From Hydrolagus affinis (taxonomy: Eukaryota): a DNA stretch of 64,000 bases. A program made the translations under genes and the position numbers. Shown here piece after piece: positions 11,466 through 26,252 of this stretch. The notes below the pieces were generated by a model that made no database searches, had not been told where the DNA came from, and saw only the letters and a list, made by a program, of their open reading frames with translations. Location: NCBI GenBank assembly GCA_012026655.1, contig JAAILG010001014.1, positions 1 to 64,000 on the forward strand, given 5' to 3'. Every line of letters begins with the position of its first letter. The stretch's first letter is position 1.

Positions 11466-14400
11466 TCCCATTTCCCTGCCTGCTCTTTCAAATATTTTGT
11501 TCATTCTGAATTAAATGCCTGGTCTCATATGAGCAAATATAATTTCAGTTTTGTCCACTTTAATAGTGCAATTACCCTTTGCTTTGGTGTACTCTGCTTT
11601 CAGGCAGATCTCTGTCCCCAGGCAAACGTATCTTGCACAAAGTCACACCAAGCATTTCGAAAAGGACAGATTGAACAAACATGAGAAGAAACATTTGGAC
11701 TCTGCACACAGGAATTCTTTAAAAAACTTCAATTTTTGTTATTCCATTATTAAAAAAAAGAGTTTTGTAAACCTAGGATAAATCAATGGCACATTACTAT
11801 ATAATGTAGAAGACAGAAAAGCAGATCTTTCTAGAACCACATGCGGTCTCATATTAAGACACCCATCAGCTTGAAGGGATGTACTGTCATTTACAATTAG
11901 TTTTTAACCTTCAAAATAGCACATTCTACTGAACCAAATAGATTCCATAACATTAATCTGCTTTTGACCAAGGCTACGCCATAGATTACAGGATACATGT
12001 GAAACCCAGTGCAACTATTATGTAGAAAAACAACACATGTCAAGTGAAACTCACCATTCAGAATTTAATAGAATTTCTTCTTCCTTCATCTCTCAACAAC
12101 ATTCGATCATTTAAGATGAATGAGTTACATTGTGACCTTGAACCTTACAATAAGCCAATGGAACTAGTAATACAACGTATGGAACATTTGTGCTGCAGCG
12201 GCTCACAAATCTTTTAATTTAGAACTGTGGGTTACAGAGCCAAAACACAACGAAAGGATGATGATGAGGTGACAAACCTCAAATGGTTTCTGTGAGTCAT
12301 TATTCATCAGCTCACTTCCATCACCAAATCCAATCCATGTGTTATTGGATTTAACACACTGGGTTAGCTTGCACTAATTGCTAGTGACTACAATGCTCTA
12401 AATACACAGGGGCTATTTATACTACACTTACCCATCTTGGTCGGCTTGTGGTGATAACCAGAGTTATGTAATTTGACCTGACATGGGTAAAAACACATTT
12501 TACAGTGAAAGACCGAGACGTCAACCAACAGAAAGGGCCATTTGACTCAAGATACAATATTAGAGTACGGTGAAGACGCAATTAGATGTTTGGTAATTTC
12601 TATACAATTTCCAATTAACCTCTATAATATTAAGCTGAAATATTAAGGCTTGAATAGTAGGAAATGGGGTCACGGGGTGGTGGGGGGAAGGAGCAGGTTG
12701 GGAGAAAGGAAAAGGAGTGTGGGTTAAGGAAAAGGAAGAATGGAAGGGATTAAAAAAAACATGGCTTAGAAATAGAATCTCCATCCTGGGATCTCCAAAG
12801 TTCAGATAAGCCATGACCTGAAGGCCCAGAGAATGTGGAAGGAAGATTTTGTCACCCAATCAAATAGATGATAACCATCGCGGTGACATTTCAGCTGATT
12901 TTAAGCGACAGGGGTACAGTTTTAAAAAAGAAGTTTTAAAAATAAAATCCTATTCATATACGATCCGAGTACATCCAACAAAATTAAAGAGGAGCTCTCT
13001 CAAAAGGTCGCTCAACATTTCTGTACATATCAACATCTCCCATTGATCAGCTGGTGGTACAATTTATTCCATGAGTGACCAAACCCGACAGGCCTGAGTT
13101 GCGATCAACGTATGATTACTCTGGGAAAACTGGTGGCCTCAGTGATGGATTCGATTTATACCACTCTGAAATTAATGTGGAGATTAAAAATAGTTCAAAT
13201 GGAATTACGTTTTAAGGGAACCAGTTCCCACAGAAGGTGCTTTAAGCTATAATAAGGTAATGGGCCCTTAGGAATTACACTCCTTTGTTCTAAATCAGAA
13301 CAGTCTAAGTAGGTTTGTATTGACATGGGATTTCTTTCACAGAAATTAATTGCGTGAAATGAGGCTGGAATGCAGATCAAGTTTCGATAAAATACCAATA
13401 ACCACTTTGGCCACGAGTTCACATGGCGTTTCTGAAGCACTTTTACGATATATTGCCCCCACTCTCTGAAGATTAAAGATTTGTTTGTTCCATCCGGTCA
13501 TTTTTACCATTCTTAAAACCTTGCATTAAAAACCAAAGAGCTGTCAAACAGTAAGTGCAGATAATTAACTTGCAAAGCGGTCAGTGTGACTGGCAGAGAT
13601 GCTTTGGTCGAGTTACTGGGGACTGCAGTATGAAGTGAATGAAACTGAATGAACTCACACATGGGCACTCACACAAAACATAAAACTAAAGCATTCGAGG
13701 CTGTGATGGTATCGATGGACACCAGTTTAGTACCTTCATACCGTCAAATATTTCCAATCATGTTACCAGGACTCACAAATAAGATTTTAAAAACCAGCTG
13801 GTCCATGTTAATCATAATGGTAGGGAGAGCTGGGGGACTGAAAATGTGCGAACAGCAGCAGGATTCCAAAAACATTCATAACATCAAAACCTGTCAGTAG
13901 CCAGATGTGCACCACACTGCCCCACAAGAACTCACTCCAACAATCCGCTTCCAGGATTTTATACCCCAATTTGTGCAATAGTGAGGCTTAAAATAATAAT
14001 AATTCTTCCACAAGGCAACCCTATTGTAATGCGGCTGCCTGGGCAGAATATATCAGAGGCAAAGTGCGTGACAAACGGATGATATTCGGGTTGTCAAATT
14101 GCCTCAGATGTCAATTTTTGCTACTCAGTACTGAAAGCTAGACTTCCTGAGATTCTGCTTAGTCCAGGTTCACAGTGCTGTAAGCAAAGTCATATTAAAA
14201 TTGGGAGGGAAAGGAGAATTATAATGGGGTTGCCCCCTATAATGCATATCATATATTGTACCTTGTGCACTCACTAGTCCTCTTGGCCTCATTCTGTGTT
14301 GTAAACCTGAACAAGAACCAAGACCATGAGGCCATATTCAGATAAATCAGCATTTGGAAATTGGAATCCCTTTAGTTACCTTCATTCAGGAGTAAAAGCT

Positions 14401-16139
14401 GAAAGTCTAAGTAAGAAGCAGTCTCTAATCTACATGGGACATTAAACACTAAAACTGTGGCAGTCAACAGGAAACACTCCACTTTGTAACGACTCTTAAG
14501 TTTCCGGTTACAGAAGTACTTTTGCCAAATTTTGATTGGCGTTTTTACAATTCCCGTTTCTGTTTTGAAAAGCAAACAAAACATCTTGAATTCACTGATG
14601 ACACCAAATGAAACGTTGACTGGTAGAACTCTGTATCTCACCAGAATGGAGAAATCAAACTCAAACATCTCTCATCCACGATGGAATGCTGTTGATATTC
14701 CCACACACTGAATCAGGAACATCAATTTATAAATAGCCCTCATTCTAAACACCCAACACTTATGTGAAGTACTTTTGTAGCATTACGATTTAGAAATCAA
14801 GTAAATTTGGATGTAAAATAACTGAAATAACTAAAATAACATGTCAAATGCTTCCCAAAGTGTAACATGTACAAAAAGAGTACCTGTTGTTAACAGACAA
14901 TGGATCAGTTGGACAGAAATAGGCATACCTGTGTAGGGATACACAGCAATTTTATTATCGGCATAAAGCATTTAAAAAGATAGGTTATAAAAATGAACAA
15001 ACTTCTGTGAATCGTGAAACTCAAGACTTTAATTGCTGAAATGTACTAACATTCCGGCACTTTACAGAGCTCTGGCATTTCTCCAGGAATACCGCAGGTG
15101 CTTGAAACCAACTCAAAAGCAGCTTTATCTGGTAGGTTTGGCATCAACATAATGCGAAGTAAAGAGGCACCAGCTGTTCAAAAATTCTGCTAAATGAAAG
15201 TGCATTCCATTATTAGTGCTTGGTTTTGTAAGAATGTCTTTGTTTAGAATTCTTCTCTTAAACATCCTCGAAGCAGCTTGGGAAACCTTGTGTGATGTCC
15301 AACGTAAAGTATTGACTAAATCCCGGTCAACTGACAGGCGAAGTCAAATAATGCGTGAAGTAATAACGCTAATAGGATTGTTCGAACTCGGAGCAGATTT
15401 AGGAGCGGGTGTAAAGCGTTCAACAGCTGCTGATTCTACCCTGAAGAATTTCATTTGTTGTAAACTTTATTTAATTGATACAGATATACGGTAGTCGTAA
15501 GATGATAAATCACGACAAAGCAATCCAAATCTCTCTAAATGCTTTGGAGTGCATGAGAACTCTAGATGATTAATGTTCTGCATATCCTGAAAATATGGTG
15601 CAGACACAAATTACTATAAGAACACAAGCACTGAACAATAGCGTCAATCATTTGTTCACTACATCTGCTTATTCATATTCATATACATATCTTCATAAAT
15701 GCAGGATACCCGGCTTTTGAAATCGGACTACACCTAATCAATTCTTTTCTTTAGCTTTATCTGGCTGGCCTTTCCATGCTTTGTTCTGAGATCTCTGGAG
15801 TCCTGTTTAGGATCTAGCACTGATGACAGTTTGATTGCAGGTTCAGATTTGAGACTCCTACATTCCCTTTTTTTTTGATTGAGCCTCCCGACTGCACTTT
15901 AAAATCAATTCAAAGTTATTAGAAAGAATTGTAATGCTTCAACTGGCATGTTTGGCAGCAAACACACGAATGTTGCGATTCTCCAACGCAAAAACTCCCA
16001 ATTAATACAATTAGCTTCATGCAATCCTGCCAATGCCCAACATTTTGAGTGTAGGCAGGATGTGCAGACAAGGGGATTGTATTCCTGCCCACGGGCAGCC
16101 TGCCTCCACTCCTAGACTGTGTTTTATACGACGGCAGTT

Positions 16140-16510
16140 AATAATATTATAATATCATGTACTTGCATTTGATATAGTGTCTTATTATGCCATTGAGACG
16201 TCTCCAAGCGCTCCATGGCAAAGCTGTGAAGTTTACCGTGAACTGTAGTGCCTGTATTTGCAGGCAAACACAGTAGCCAATTTGGCATGCAGCAATGTCC
16301 CGCAAACAGCCATGATACTGTAGTACGTAATTACCTATTTTATTTATGGAGTCTTATGCTCAGTTAGAGCACTCGCCTTGCAAGAGAGAGACCTGGGTTT
16401 GATTCCCAGCAGGGCAATAACTTGGGCAAGTTTCCTTATTCCGCATACCTGATAATAATCACCCAAGAAAAAAAAACAATAATAAACTGGTCACTTCAAT
16501 CACAAAATTC
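16140..16510. mobile_element. Two adjacent SINE fragments (minus-strand 3' half, plus-strand 5' half)
   Basis: About 16140-16320 is a diverged inverted body and tail; about 16347-16510 is a head plus partial body. Confidence 0.7.
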
Positions 16511-16999
16511 ACATGGTTTAAAAAATGTAGCTTCCCTCCCAGCCACCTACCCATCTCCCTCCCCAAGGGGCACAAATGGACACCAGGAATGCACTGTTGG
16601 ATTGCTCTCTAGAACATTTCCAAGCATGTGGTAATGTTAGCGTGCGCTGGTTGCTTAAAGTCATAGTCACCTCAACTGAGCTAGCAGCTAATTGGAATAA
16701 TTTGAGTCTCTGCCTGGGGATTTCTGAGTAACACCTTGTGACTTTGTTTTTTTCCCCTCTCAGTTTAATCACAACAGCTTTTTCTGCAGCTCTCAATTTC
16801 AAAGTCTATTCTCCTTCCCGAGGTTCCATTTACTCCAAATGTCACAGCAATGCAAACCACTGAAGTGCCGACATCAAATTCAGCTCAGAGCAGGCAGCTA
16901 CTGTCAAATTAATATTTAATCAATTTAAGAGTGTTACCTGTTATGCATTCACGGCCAGTGTGACAAAATTAAGGCATTGAACAGAAAAGAGCCTCCCAA

Positions 17000-17220
17000 G
17001 AATGCATTAAGTTTAACTGGTTCAGTTCCAGCTCAGTCACAGCAGGTGTCTCCTCATCCTGATCAGTGGCAAGAACCCAAGCTGATTTTCTCCTCCGATA
17101 ACAGATCGCTGAGGCCAAATGTAGCACCACACTACTGACTGAGATCAGCAAACTCCCCAGGATTTGAACCTACAACTTGCGTGTGTGGCCTGGCGCTGTG
17201 CTAAATGAGATGCAGCTATG
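17000..17220 (-). mobile_element. Old, diverged SINE-like repeat fragment
   Basis: The minus strand has a B-box-like GGTTCAAATCC followed by GCTGATCTCAGTC...GGCCTCAG...AAATCAGC...GGGTTCTTG. It overlaps by eye with the copy at 52110-52400. Confidence 0.45.
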
Positions 17221-20200
17221 GTTGTGCCTTTACCCCTCAGGCCATCAGTTGAGCTCGAGCAGATTTCACTGGCAAATCACAGAACCAATTTCATGTTGAG
17301 AACAATTGTAATCCTTACATATGATATAACGCCTATTTCTTCCACAAAATCTGTGAAAGATTCGTATAGAGACGGCCAATACCGTAGTGCAATAATCCAA
17401 GGTTAAGCAACACAAACAGTTTAACTTTTTCTTAAAACTGAGATCATAGACACAGTAAAATCGATATCAATTCCACTGGGAAGTGTGCTGACTCTCTACA
17501 CAACTATTTCAAAGTTACATCTTTCCTTTACATGTCTCTAACTCCACCCACCCTTCATCACAGAGATAGCCCTTACCCTTCGCAGGCTGCTTTGCAGAGA
17601 GAAGTACGGATGACTTCTGGACTGCCTTTCAAAGCCTGCTTGTTTCTCAGCCTGAGATAGGCAGGTGTCTGAGGCTGTGAACTTTTCTTCCTGTGGTCCA
17701 TTGTTCTTACGTATATGAGCAAGGACCCGACTGCTCATTATCTCAGAGCAGTGAACATCTTCCCAGGAAAATATGGAATGTGTTCGGAAGCTGACCTTGA
17801 CTAATCCAGAAAAGCTACTTTTAACCCTGGCTAAAATAGTCATTAAATCAAACCAACCTTATTAGGGATTATGTGTAGGTTATATTTTAAACATACATAA
17901 AGATTAATTCAAAGCCTTCAAATATTAAATATCACAAGTATAATTTTACAAAATGCTTCACAGGGATTGATTTTTAATCAGTTGCCATTGAATAAATATC
18001 CTATCCAGCATTTTAATGTACTGAGCACCACAAGCAAGCCATTGAAAGGTACTCTTTCAAGCCTATATATAGAATTCAGAAGTGAGGTGATACATAGCAC
18101 TTAAGAGACAATGGCAGAGAAATTAGATACATTGGATGATCCAAGCTTGGGTTTTAAGAGTCTAGTTGGCCGGAGGAAGTGAAAGGGAGAAAAGGAGCTA
18201 CTGTATGATCGAGCTTCAGGGAAAAAATGAGTTGAGGGCAGGAGACAGTATAAGTTTCAGATTTCAATACAGTAAGGATACAGAAAGGAGGAAGAGTGTG
18301 GGTCTACGTTCATATTGTAAGAATATTTAGAGAGCTAAAATTATTTTCTCTGTGAGTTAATCTGAGTCTCAGGGGAATGCAATGCTTCCTCAGAACCTAA
18401 TTTAAATATAAATGAGGCAAAGCTTTGACAGTGCATTTTGACGTGGAGGATTCTATAGGCTGTAGTCACCCACACTTGAGCTGTAGCTGGCATAAACTTG
18501 AATAATTTACAAATCAATTCCTGTATTATTAGCTGAAACAATTGGTTACAAGAGAAGGTAGAATACTGCATCCACAATAAGAAATACAGAGCTTTATATC
18601 ACACATGTTAAAAGCCATAGAATTAAGCTTGGACCAAACTACTGGTCATTCTCATAAAGTGAAATTACTGTAAGAAATAATTTCTATCTATAACTTCCTC
18701 AATGCGCTGATAGCTAGCTTCTCGAATTGCCACCCAATCGAAGAAAATAAGTACGTTTCCCAATATAAAAATATTAACCCCAAATAGTCACTACACCGGT
18801 AGTAAATACTACAAAGTGCATCGTCAACGTACAAAGCATTGCAAAAATAAAAGTTCTTTCTGGCATTGTTATTTGCGTTTCAGTGCTACGCTTTAATCAC
18901 TGCTCATAAAGAGAATGATCTCAGTCTTCCTTAGAATCAGTGGCAGCTTTACGTTCTTGCCCCCTCTATTCAGGGAGACTTCCCGTGGCACATTTGAATA
19001 ATTCAGTTGTGGTGTAGCAATTTTAATGACAGCAGCTTACTACACAAAGAGTGTGGCCATTAATGAAGAGCAGGGTCCAGCCTTTTGACGACAGGATTTT
19101 TACCCCACTGCTGTTAAATGTTAGTGAGGGACACAGGATAGAGATAATAGAATTGAAATTCTGATAAATATTTGTACTTCACCCCCGTTCAGTTATCATT
19201 GAGAAAGGTCAGCGGTATCGAGGAAAAAACGCTCGGAAGGGAATGCAATGCACCTCTGCTTTTCTCACGTTTCTCATATTCCCATATGGGCAGACACAGA
19301 TGGGTCCCTTTCAAGCTGAGAAACATAACACACACACACACTTAGTACAGGGAGAAAGTGGAGCCATTCATTTACTGCACATGCTCAGAAAACAGCTGCA
19401 CTCCAGCTCCGAATGACCTCATCCACAGATGTCCCTGAAGAGGGTACTGGACTTCGGAGCCGGGATCATTAAACTGTAGTCTTCGAGAAAAGTTGTTGTC
19501 ACGTCAGCCCTTTTTTTTAAGGTCAGTACTGAATACCAGCAGTTCATTTACTGTGCTCTGGTGTAATTTAATGGCTCAGTAGACCTTTGAAAATGTGCTT
19601 GCTGAGTGAGCACTTGCTTCAGATAGGACAACATGCTTTTTGTTCCAGCGGGCTATGGGGATCCGCTAGCAGGTTTGTTGCAAGGCAGAAAGGATGTACT
19701 GTACATAATGCTACAGGGTAGAAGCCCTACATCTGTAAAGCTACACACTCATTTCTTGCATATCTGAAATAGGAGGAATATTTAGTCATGCAGATTTTTT
19801 CTGCGTAAGATTGTAATAAGTCTAGAATACAAAGCAAGCAAACGCAATTTCTCTCTCTCCTCAACCTGAATGTTTGCAAGTCAGAATCTCATCTCCAAAG
19901 AACAACAACAACTTTGATTTATATAGCACCCTCCATGCCGGCAAACAGCTAAACTATGCCGGAAAATTTAGTGGAGGGCGCTAGTGATCTGAACTTTTAC
20001 ATACAGATTTTTTTTAAATAAAGATCATATAATTGTCAGAAATTTTTTAAAGATGACCATTTCAATTTTAAAAGGCAAAAATTAAAGCCCATAAGTTCAT
20101 TCAACCAAACGTAAAGATAAACAAACACAGCCGGTCAGCATGTGTGACCCAGAAGGTATTTTCTGAATGAGGGAGGAAGCTTTACGACAGCTTCGATGAA

Positions 20201-23200
20201 GCTTTTCAAAACAGTAGAAGAATCTACACCTGATGTGAATCTGGTAGCTGTGATAGAGATTGTACTGAAATGTGGGAGGAGGAATCGATCTTCATTTAGA
20301 ATAGTTTCTTCAGTTCTCTATTGTTTGGGCAATGCCTTACGACCAAATGCTCATCATCTCATGGTATAGTTATGAAGGTTGGTATGTTAACATCCGCCAT
20401 AACCCCAAATACTACAGTAATTGATATTTCAATTAAAATTATAGTGCAGTTCTCAGTTTTAGCACAGCTGTTAGCCAATTGTTTCCAGCGTATTTTAATG
20501 ATGTCACCTAATGGGTGTTTGGTGTGACAGAATAGCTGGTGCTTAGCTGCGTGCAGTAATAACCTATTTAGCAGCGGGTTCGTGTTCATGAGAATCCTGC
20601 TTCAGGGTAGCACCTTTAATCTTTCAGTCACCTGTCAATCTGCCTCCATCAATGCACAGCTGATGCACAAGTCATTTAGCCAAATGTCATTCTGCAGCTC
20701 ACCAGGAGACCGGCTACACCCACAGGCTGCCAAACAGTCTGAGCAACTCATTCGCTGGCTGGCGAACACAGCAGATGTTTGAAATGAATCTCTGACTGTA
20801 TGCTTCATTAATAAAATCATATTTGTACAGGACAGTCAAAAACAGATTAGTTTATTAAAGGTATTAGAAACATTTGTGGCATTCCGCTACATTCTGCTTC
20901 TCTTAGTCCACATTTGTCTTTGATAAACTGACTACTGGAAACCGCAATAACACAATTACCCGATGAATCAATGGGTTTCACATCCAAGCCTATCAGAGAA
21001 TTCAAAACAAGAAATGTAAAATATTTGGCTGCAAAAGGTAAATTACTGGTCTTGAGTCATAGCAGAACCCAGTCTTCACATCTAAAGAATGCCATTGGCA
21101 TGTAAGCCTCACATTCACATAGAATAAATAATGGACAAAGTAGCCCTAAGTGCCCTTATTTTGTCACCCACTAATTGATACCATTTATCTTTTATATGCA
21201 TCAGATTGTTTCCAACTCTAACACATAAAATACAATTGATAATGAATTAGTATAGCCAAGAAACTTGGCAACTCTAGAAGACATGGAAAGCGCTATATCA
21301 AATGCAAGAATTGTTATTACTTTATTATTCACTCCACTTTTCAAAAAGTGGGATCTTTTAATATCTACCTGAAAAGGCAGACAGGATCTCAGTTTATCAT
21401 CTCATCCGAAGAAGGTAGCACTATACAGCTTTATGATTTCTTCCCTTGGATAAGTTTGCATCTACTGTTCACTGACACCCACCCCCCACCCACCCCCAAG
21501 TACAAACGTTACATTTTAATTTACATAGTGGCGGTAACGAGAGTCACTGGAGAGCTCATAATTTCTACATTCTATTTCTACATATAATTTTCTACATTCT
21601 AAGCAGTAACGTGTATTTGGTACTTTTTCCAGAAAGCACATCAAAATTCAGAACAATTATAACAATTATAATAATGAACAATTATAATAATCCCTGCAAT
21701 TGATGTGTAGTGTCTTATCATGTCGTACTGAGACTTCTCAAAGCGTTTCGCAGATTACATTGTAAAGTGAACTAACTGTAGATTTTGTATTGCACAGTAC
21801 TGTATTTAGTATCTATGCAGCTAAAAGACCAATAATGAATTTCCACATCGAAATGTACCAGAATAGTATTGTGTTGAACAAAACGTTGAATGATTTCCAA
21901 GCTCCAAAGAACATTATCTTATCTTCCATTTACAAACCATCCTGCAGTCACTCAAGTGTCTTTCCACGGAAACTGATGCTTCCACATTCAGTGACTGACA
22001 CAATTAGGCCTAATAAGCAAATTCAAGAAAGCAGAATGCATCATTTCCACCAAAAGCAAAACAAGTTTTTGACCTGTACATTTCCCTGTACGTCAGTGCA
22101 GGTCAATACAACTACATTTACACAGTAAAAGTACACAAAGTGTATTGACTGTATTCTGCTACAGCTAGATGTCATTTGTAGATGTGTCTTACACAAGAAA
22201 ACCATTTGTACAAAAACTAATGCACTCCCTTCCGGTCCTGTCCAAGGCTCTTATCTCTTCTGTGGGATGTGTCAGTTCAATGTTGCTATGGAAATTGCCA
22301 GGATTGCTCTAGGGATCCCTCCAAATGGCACAACAGTGTGACCAGTATAAGTTCTACATTTATCGGATATCTTTCAATTCCAGGTTTCACAAGCTGAAGA
22401 CGATACAAATATTATCAGTTTCACAAAAATTACCCTGATCATCTCTTCCTTAAGCCCCAAGCCAAACATGACAGGCAATGGGGGGAGCAAGGCAGCCAAA
22501 TCTGCCTGGTCTGAGCATTCCGTTCATACTTCACAAATCTATTTATTGTTATTTAGATCTTACAGTAGTTTGAGCAGCCAAAAGCCAGCAATTAAAAATA
22601 TATTGTCACTACCCATAAGGAAAGAGGATTTGGACAGCTGTTGTAGTATGAACTGCTGCTTTGAATGCTTGTAGTTCATTCAGATAATAATTAGTCATAA
22701 TATATTCAGGTGATGAAGGATTTCATGGGAACAGTCTGAAGAGACATAAAAAGCCGGCCTGATGGACAGTTCGACAGTGTGGCTCTCCCAGATAAAAATG
22801 AACTGTTCTGAATAGTCATGCTGATCTGCCAACCGTTTTCCCTGGGGTGGAAACTCTGACGCAGGCTTGAATACATTTTGAATTCTGCTAACTCAAACGA
22901 GTGTAGTGGTATTTCTGCCAGTTATCTCAGAAGTATCGAGGACACCAAACTATGGGGAGATAAAAGGTAATTTGCAGTTGGTCAGATTATGAAATCATTT
23001 ACATCTTTTTGTGGGGATGGAAAACATAATGTTTTTTTTGCTTAAAACCCATTTCAGTGTCTTGGTCACTGACGCTGCCCCTAGTGCTTAGAATTGTTCC
23101 CACATTATTCAATAGTTGAATCTATTGAGACCACTGTGGTGGTCCCAGGCTTTATTTTGGTGCTCAATAAGGTGAGAGATATAAGTGCTGTGCAAATAGT

Positions 23201-23487
23201 GAAAGGCACTCTATAAATGTAATTTTGTTGTTGCATTTTCCGTGCATTTTGTAGCTAGTATTAAAACCAAGCAGCACAAAATCAAGCTGAAGACAGCTGG
23301 ATGCAGAGCAAAGTTCCCTTTACTCTTCCAGCAAAGTGCTTCAAACAGCAACTCAGGGAGTCAGAAGTTCAAGCCCCACTTTGAAACTTTAAACTAAAGT
23401 AGTCGATGTTTATAGTTCAATGCAATGGTGGAGGGTGCTGCAATGTTGCCGTCCTTTAAATGAGACAATGCATTCAGATTAGGTTGC

Positions 23488-23805
23488 CCTTGAAGACCTT
23501 TCTCTTCGACCATACCTTTGGTCACCTTCCCCTTCCCCTGGCTCGGCATCATGTTCCACCACTGTTAAATAGTATGGGACATTGCCCAGCGTGGAGGGTG
23601 CTATATAAATGCAAGTTATTGTTGTTGACAACATTAAACCAAGGTCTTATCTGCCTTTACATGTGATGTATCAATCAGATGACTTTGATGTACACAAATA
23701 TATATAGTCAATTCACTTTACAGTATGTTCTGTGAAGCGCTTTGGGACATTGATAAGATGTGGAAAGCGCTATATCAAATGCAAGGATTATTATTATTAC
23801 TATTA
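23488..23805 (+). mobile_element. L2 3' fragment (about 23488-23630) and SINE tail (about 23706-23805)
   Basis: LKTFLF motif with TTG tail, then a SINE tail ending in (ATT)n. Confidence 0.65.
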
Positions 23806-26120
23806 CAGAGAACATTGCCCTCTGTGTTGTCAGTAAATAATGCCTGTGCAGAAAGCCACAGAAATATAAAATCCATCCTTCATTTCTTGGTGGAATGTCA
23901 GACAAGTTTCATATTTATTCAGGGGATAAGTAACACTCTTTAAGATTGGTAGAGAATGACTAGATCAGGCTTTGTCAAAAAAAAGATAAATTTCACACAT
24001 TTTTCTTCTAAAGGTTCAAGAAATCAATAAATCAATTTTTATTTTTCCCGGAGATTTTTAAATTGAATAAGGCAGACTGCATTTCCTAAAAAGCTAGCTA
24101 AATATTTAAGGGATGCCAAATCAAGCATTGAAGCAATGCTGCACTGTCCATTCCATATTGTTGTTAAGTCAAAGATATAGTGCGTTTGTACAGGCAGAAA
24201 CAATATTTTCACTTTTCATTACTTCGTGACCGAAGGCATGTTATTCTGTACAAAGTGAATTCATTTGGTTTGTCTAGAATATCTATGCAATACGTTTATA
24301 TTTTCTGAGACAATCATTTTGCATTCAACTTGAGTTCCTGCACAGATATACAGGACCAGTAAGTTTGGTCACACTGTTCCAGTCATAATCGAAGACAGCT
24401 TTTGTAGCCTACCTCATCTCTCCAATGTTGTGCTGGGTGGACTCTGACATTGTTTATCTAGCCTACCAAACAAATAAAGATGGCAATTCCATCACTAGAT
24501 AGATACAGGAGCACTGAAGTTATGGATAACAACTATAGACACATTCAACAGGAAGCTAGACCTTCACATGAGGAGTGGAACCTCATGAGGAGTATAAACA
24601 AGCTAGTTGGGCAGAGTGGCCTGTTTCCATGCTCTACATTCTTCGTAAGAATAATCAAGTTTAAACTGTCTTCATTTTCTTCCTGACATCAGCTTTTCCA
24701 CCTAACTTTACAATTTTTCAGGACCATCATTCACCTACCTACTGTCCAATTCTGCCAATTTGCCTGCAGTGATGCATTCAGACGTGGCTTGATTAATTAT
24801 TCTATAGCAAGTATCATCACTAACTTAAATTTAATGATATCTAACACTGACAGTCCTTGACAAAGGCAAGAAACAGATGGAGACAAGGCAATTCTCTGAT
24901 GAACTATCCATTGGTTTTGAGGTAAGAAGCCAGACAGTATCACCCCACGAAGCACCATCCATATTGCAAAAGATACACCACAAGAGAGTAACCTTTCAAC
25001 AGAGTTTGAGATGCCAACCATGATCAAATGTATTAAAAATATTCTGGACTACTCCTCTAACTTCATGCTGACACGTGCATTTTTGGACAAAGAATTTGAA
25101 AGCATCACTAGTTGATAGATTTGTTCAGAGGTCAAACTGTTGAGTTAAATAGAAGGTTATAGAGATTCAGTTTGTTGCACAAGATTTTCAATCACTATTG
25201 TTTCCACGATATTTAAAACAGGGCACAGCAGGATTCTCGTCTCTAGTTAACAAACATCTGATATTGATCCCTTCTATTTTGTGGGCATGATGTTTGCTGC
25301 ATTCCACTCAGGGACATTTCTATTTACAGGAAGATTAGTGAACCATGGAAACACTTTCTTTAGAGAATATTGAGAAACCAATCACCTATGCCATTAACTC
25401 CAGTATATCGTCAAGGATTAAGCTTTCAATAGAGCCATTTACGTTTCTTATATCTTTGAATTCAGAGTGCAGTCACTGCTGACCTTCAGCACCTCAGTTA
25501 ACATTCAAGCATTGCTACAGTAATCTGTCGTCCCTACGACCAAGAGATTTAGCGAGATAGTATCAGTGGCTTCAAAATGAAGTGTGGATTTGTAAGTTTG
25601 CTCTTTATTGTTTTGAAATGATTTCGCAAATTAAAAAAAGAATATTTCAAATCTATCGAGTAACGATTACCCATAAATGTTATAAACTTTTATTTAATTG
25701 ATTCTTCATTTGGACTCTGATAATGTTGCTTTTGGCCTTTAGTAAAACAGAAACTTTGGATGTAAAATGCAGAAACAGAATCTTCTTTTTGTGAGAGTCA
25801 ATATTCCAAATTCTGGATACAGTGCAATCCTCATTGGGCTCATTGTGGGGGTGGAGAAGGATTAAAGAGAAGAAAATGTCTGTGTTTTTCCAATAGGAGG
25901 TTTATCTACTAAATTAAACAGCATGCACAATGTTCCTTGTCCGAATAAATGTTCAAAGTTTGCAGATGACAAAAAATTTAAAATAATGGCAAATGAATAT
26001 TCATTTAAAAAAAAAGATCTGGAGTGTGGGCAGAAAAATACAGACTGTAGATGAACTCTGATTTTGAAAAATGTGAATTTGGGATACTATAGACAGTAAT
26101 AATGATGATCAGATCCTTAC

Positions 26121-26252
26121 CCTGAACTCATTGGAGTTGAAGCCATAATTGTTGCTGTTGGAGAACTTTTTGACTGTAATTCTTTCTGTTCCTGTTGGTT
26201 CTGGAAAAAGGATTTAGCTTCTCTGGAAGCAGAGTCTACTTCTTTCATCACC
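26121..26252 (-). CDS. CFDP1: Craniofacial development protein 1 (BCNT), coding exon 5; later exons not found in the window
   Basis: TAG acceptor and GTAAGG donor; 132 nt, phase 2-2. Encodes (K)VMKEVDSASREAKSFFQNQQEQ...SSG, matching CFDP1 VTKEVDATSKEAKSFF. Confidence 0.93.

Noticed and set aside
12255-12320. Possible C/D-box snoRNA (ATGATGA)
   Set aside because: No suitably placed D box with a terminal stem.
21555-21692. Short tandem duplications (ATTTCTACATTCT; AACAATTATA), with similar cases near 53417 and 58366
   Set aside because: Ordinary slippage products with no sign of function.
1-26120. CFDP1 BCNT-C exons (KMSTLEKSKLDW..., GYIERKAF...)
   Set aside because: Not found by eye on the minus strand. 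They most likely lie left of the window, so this is not evidence of gene truncation.
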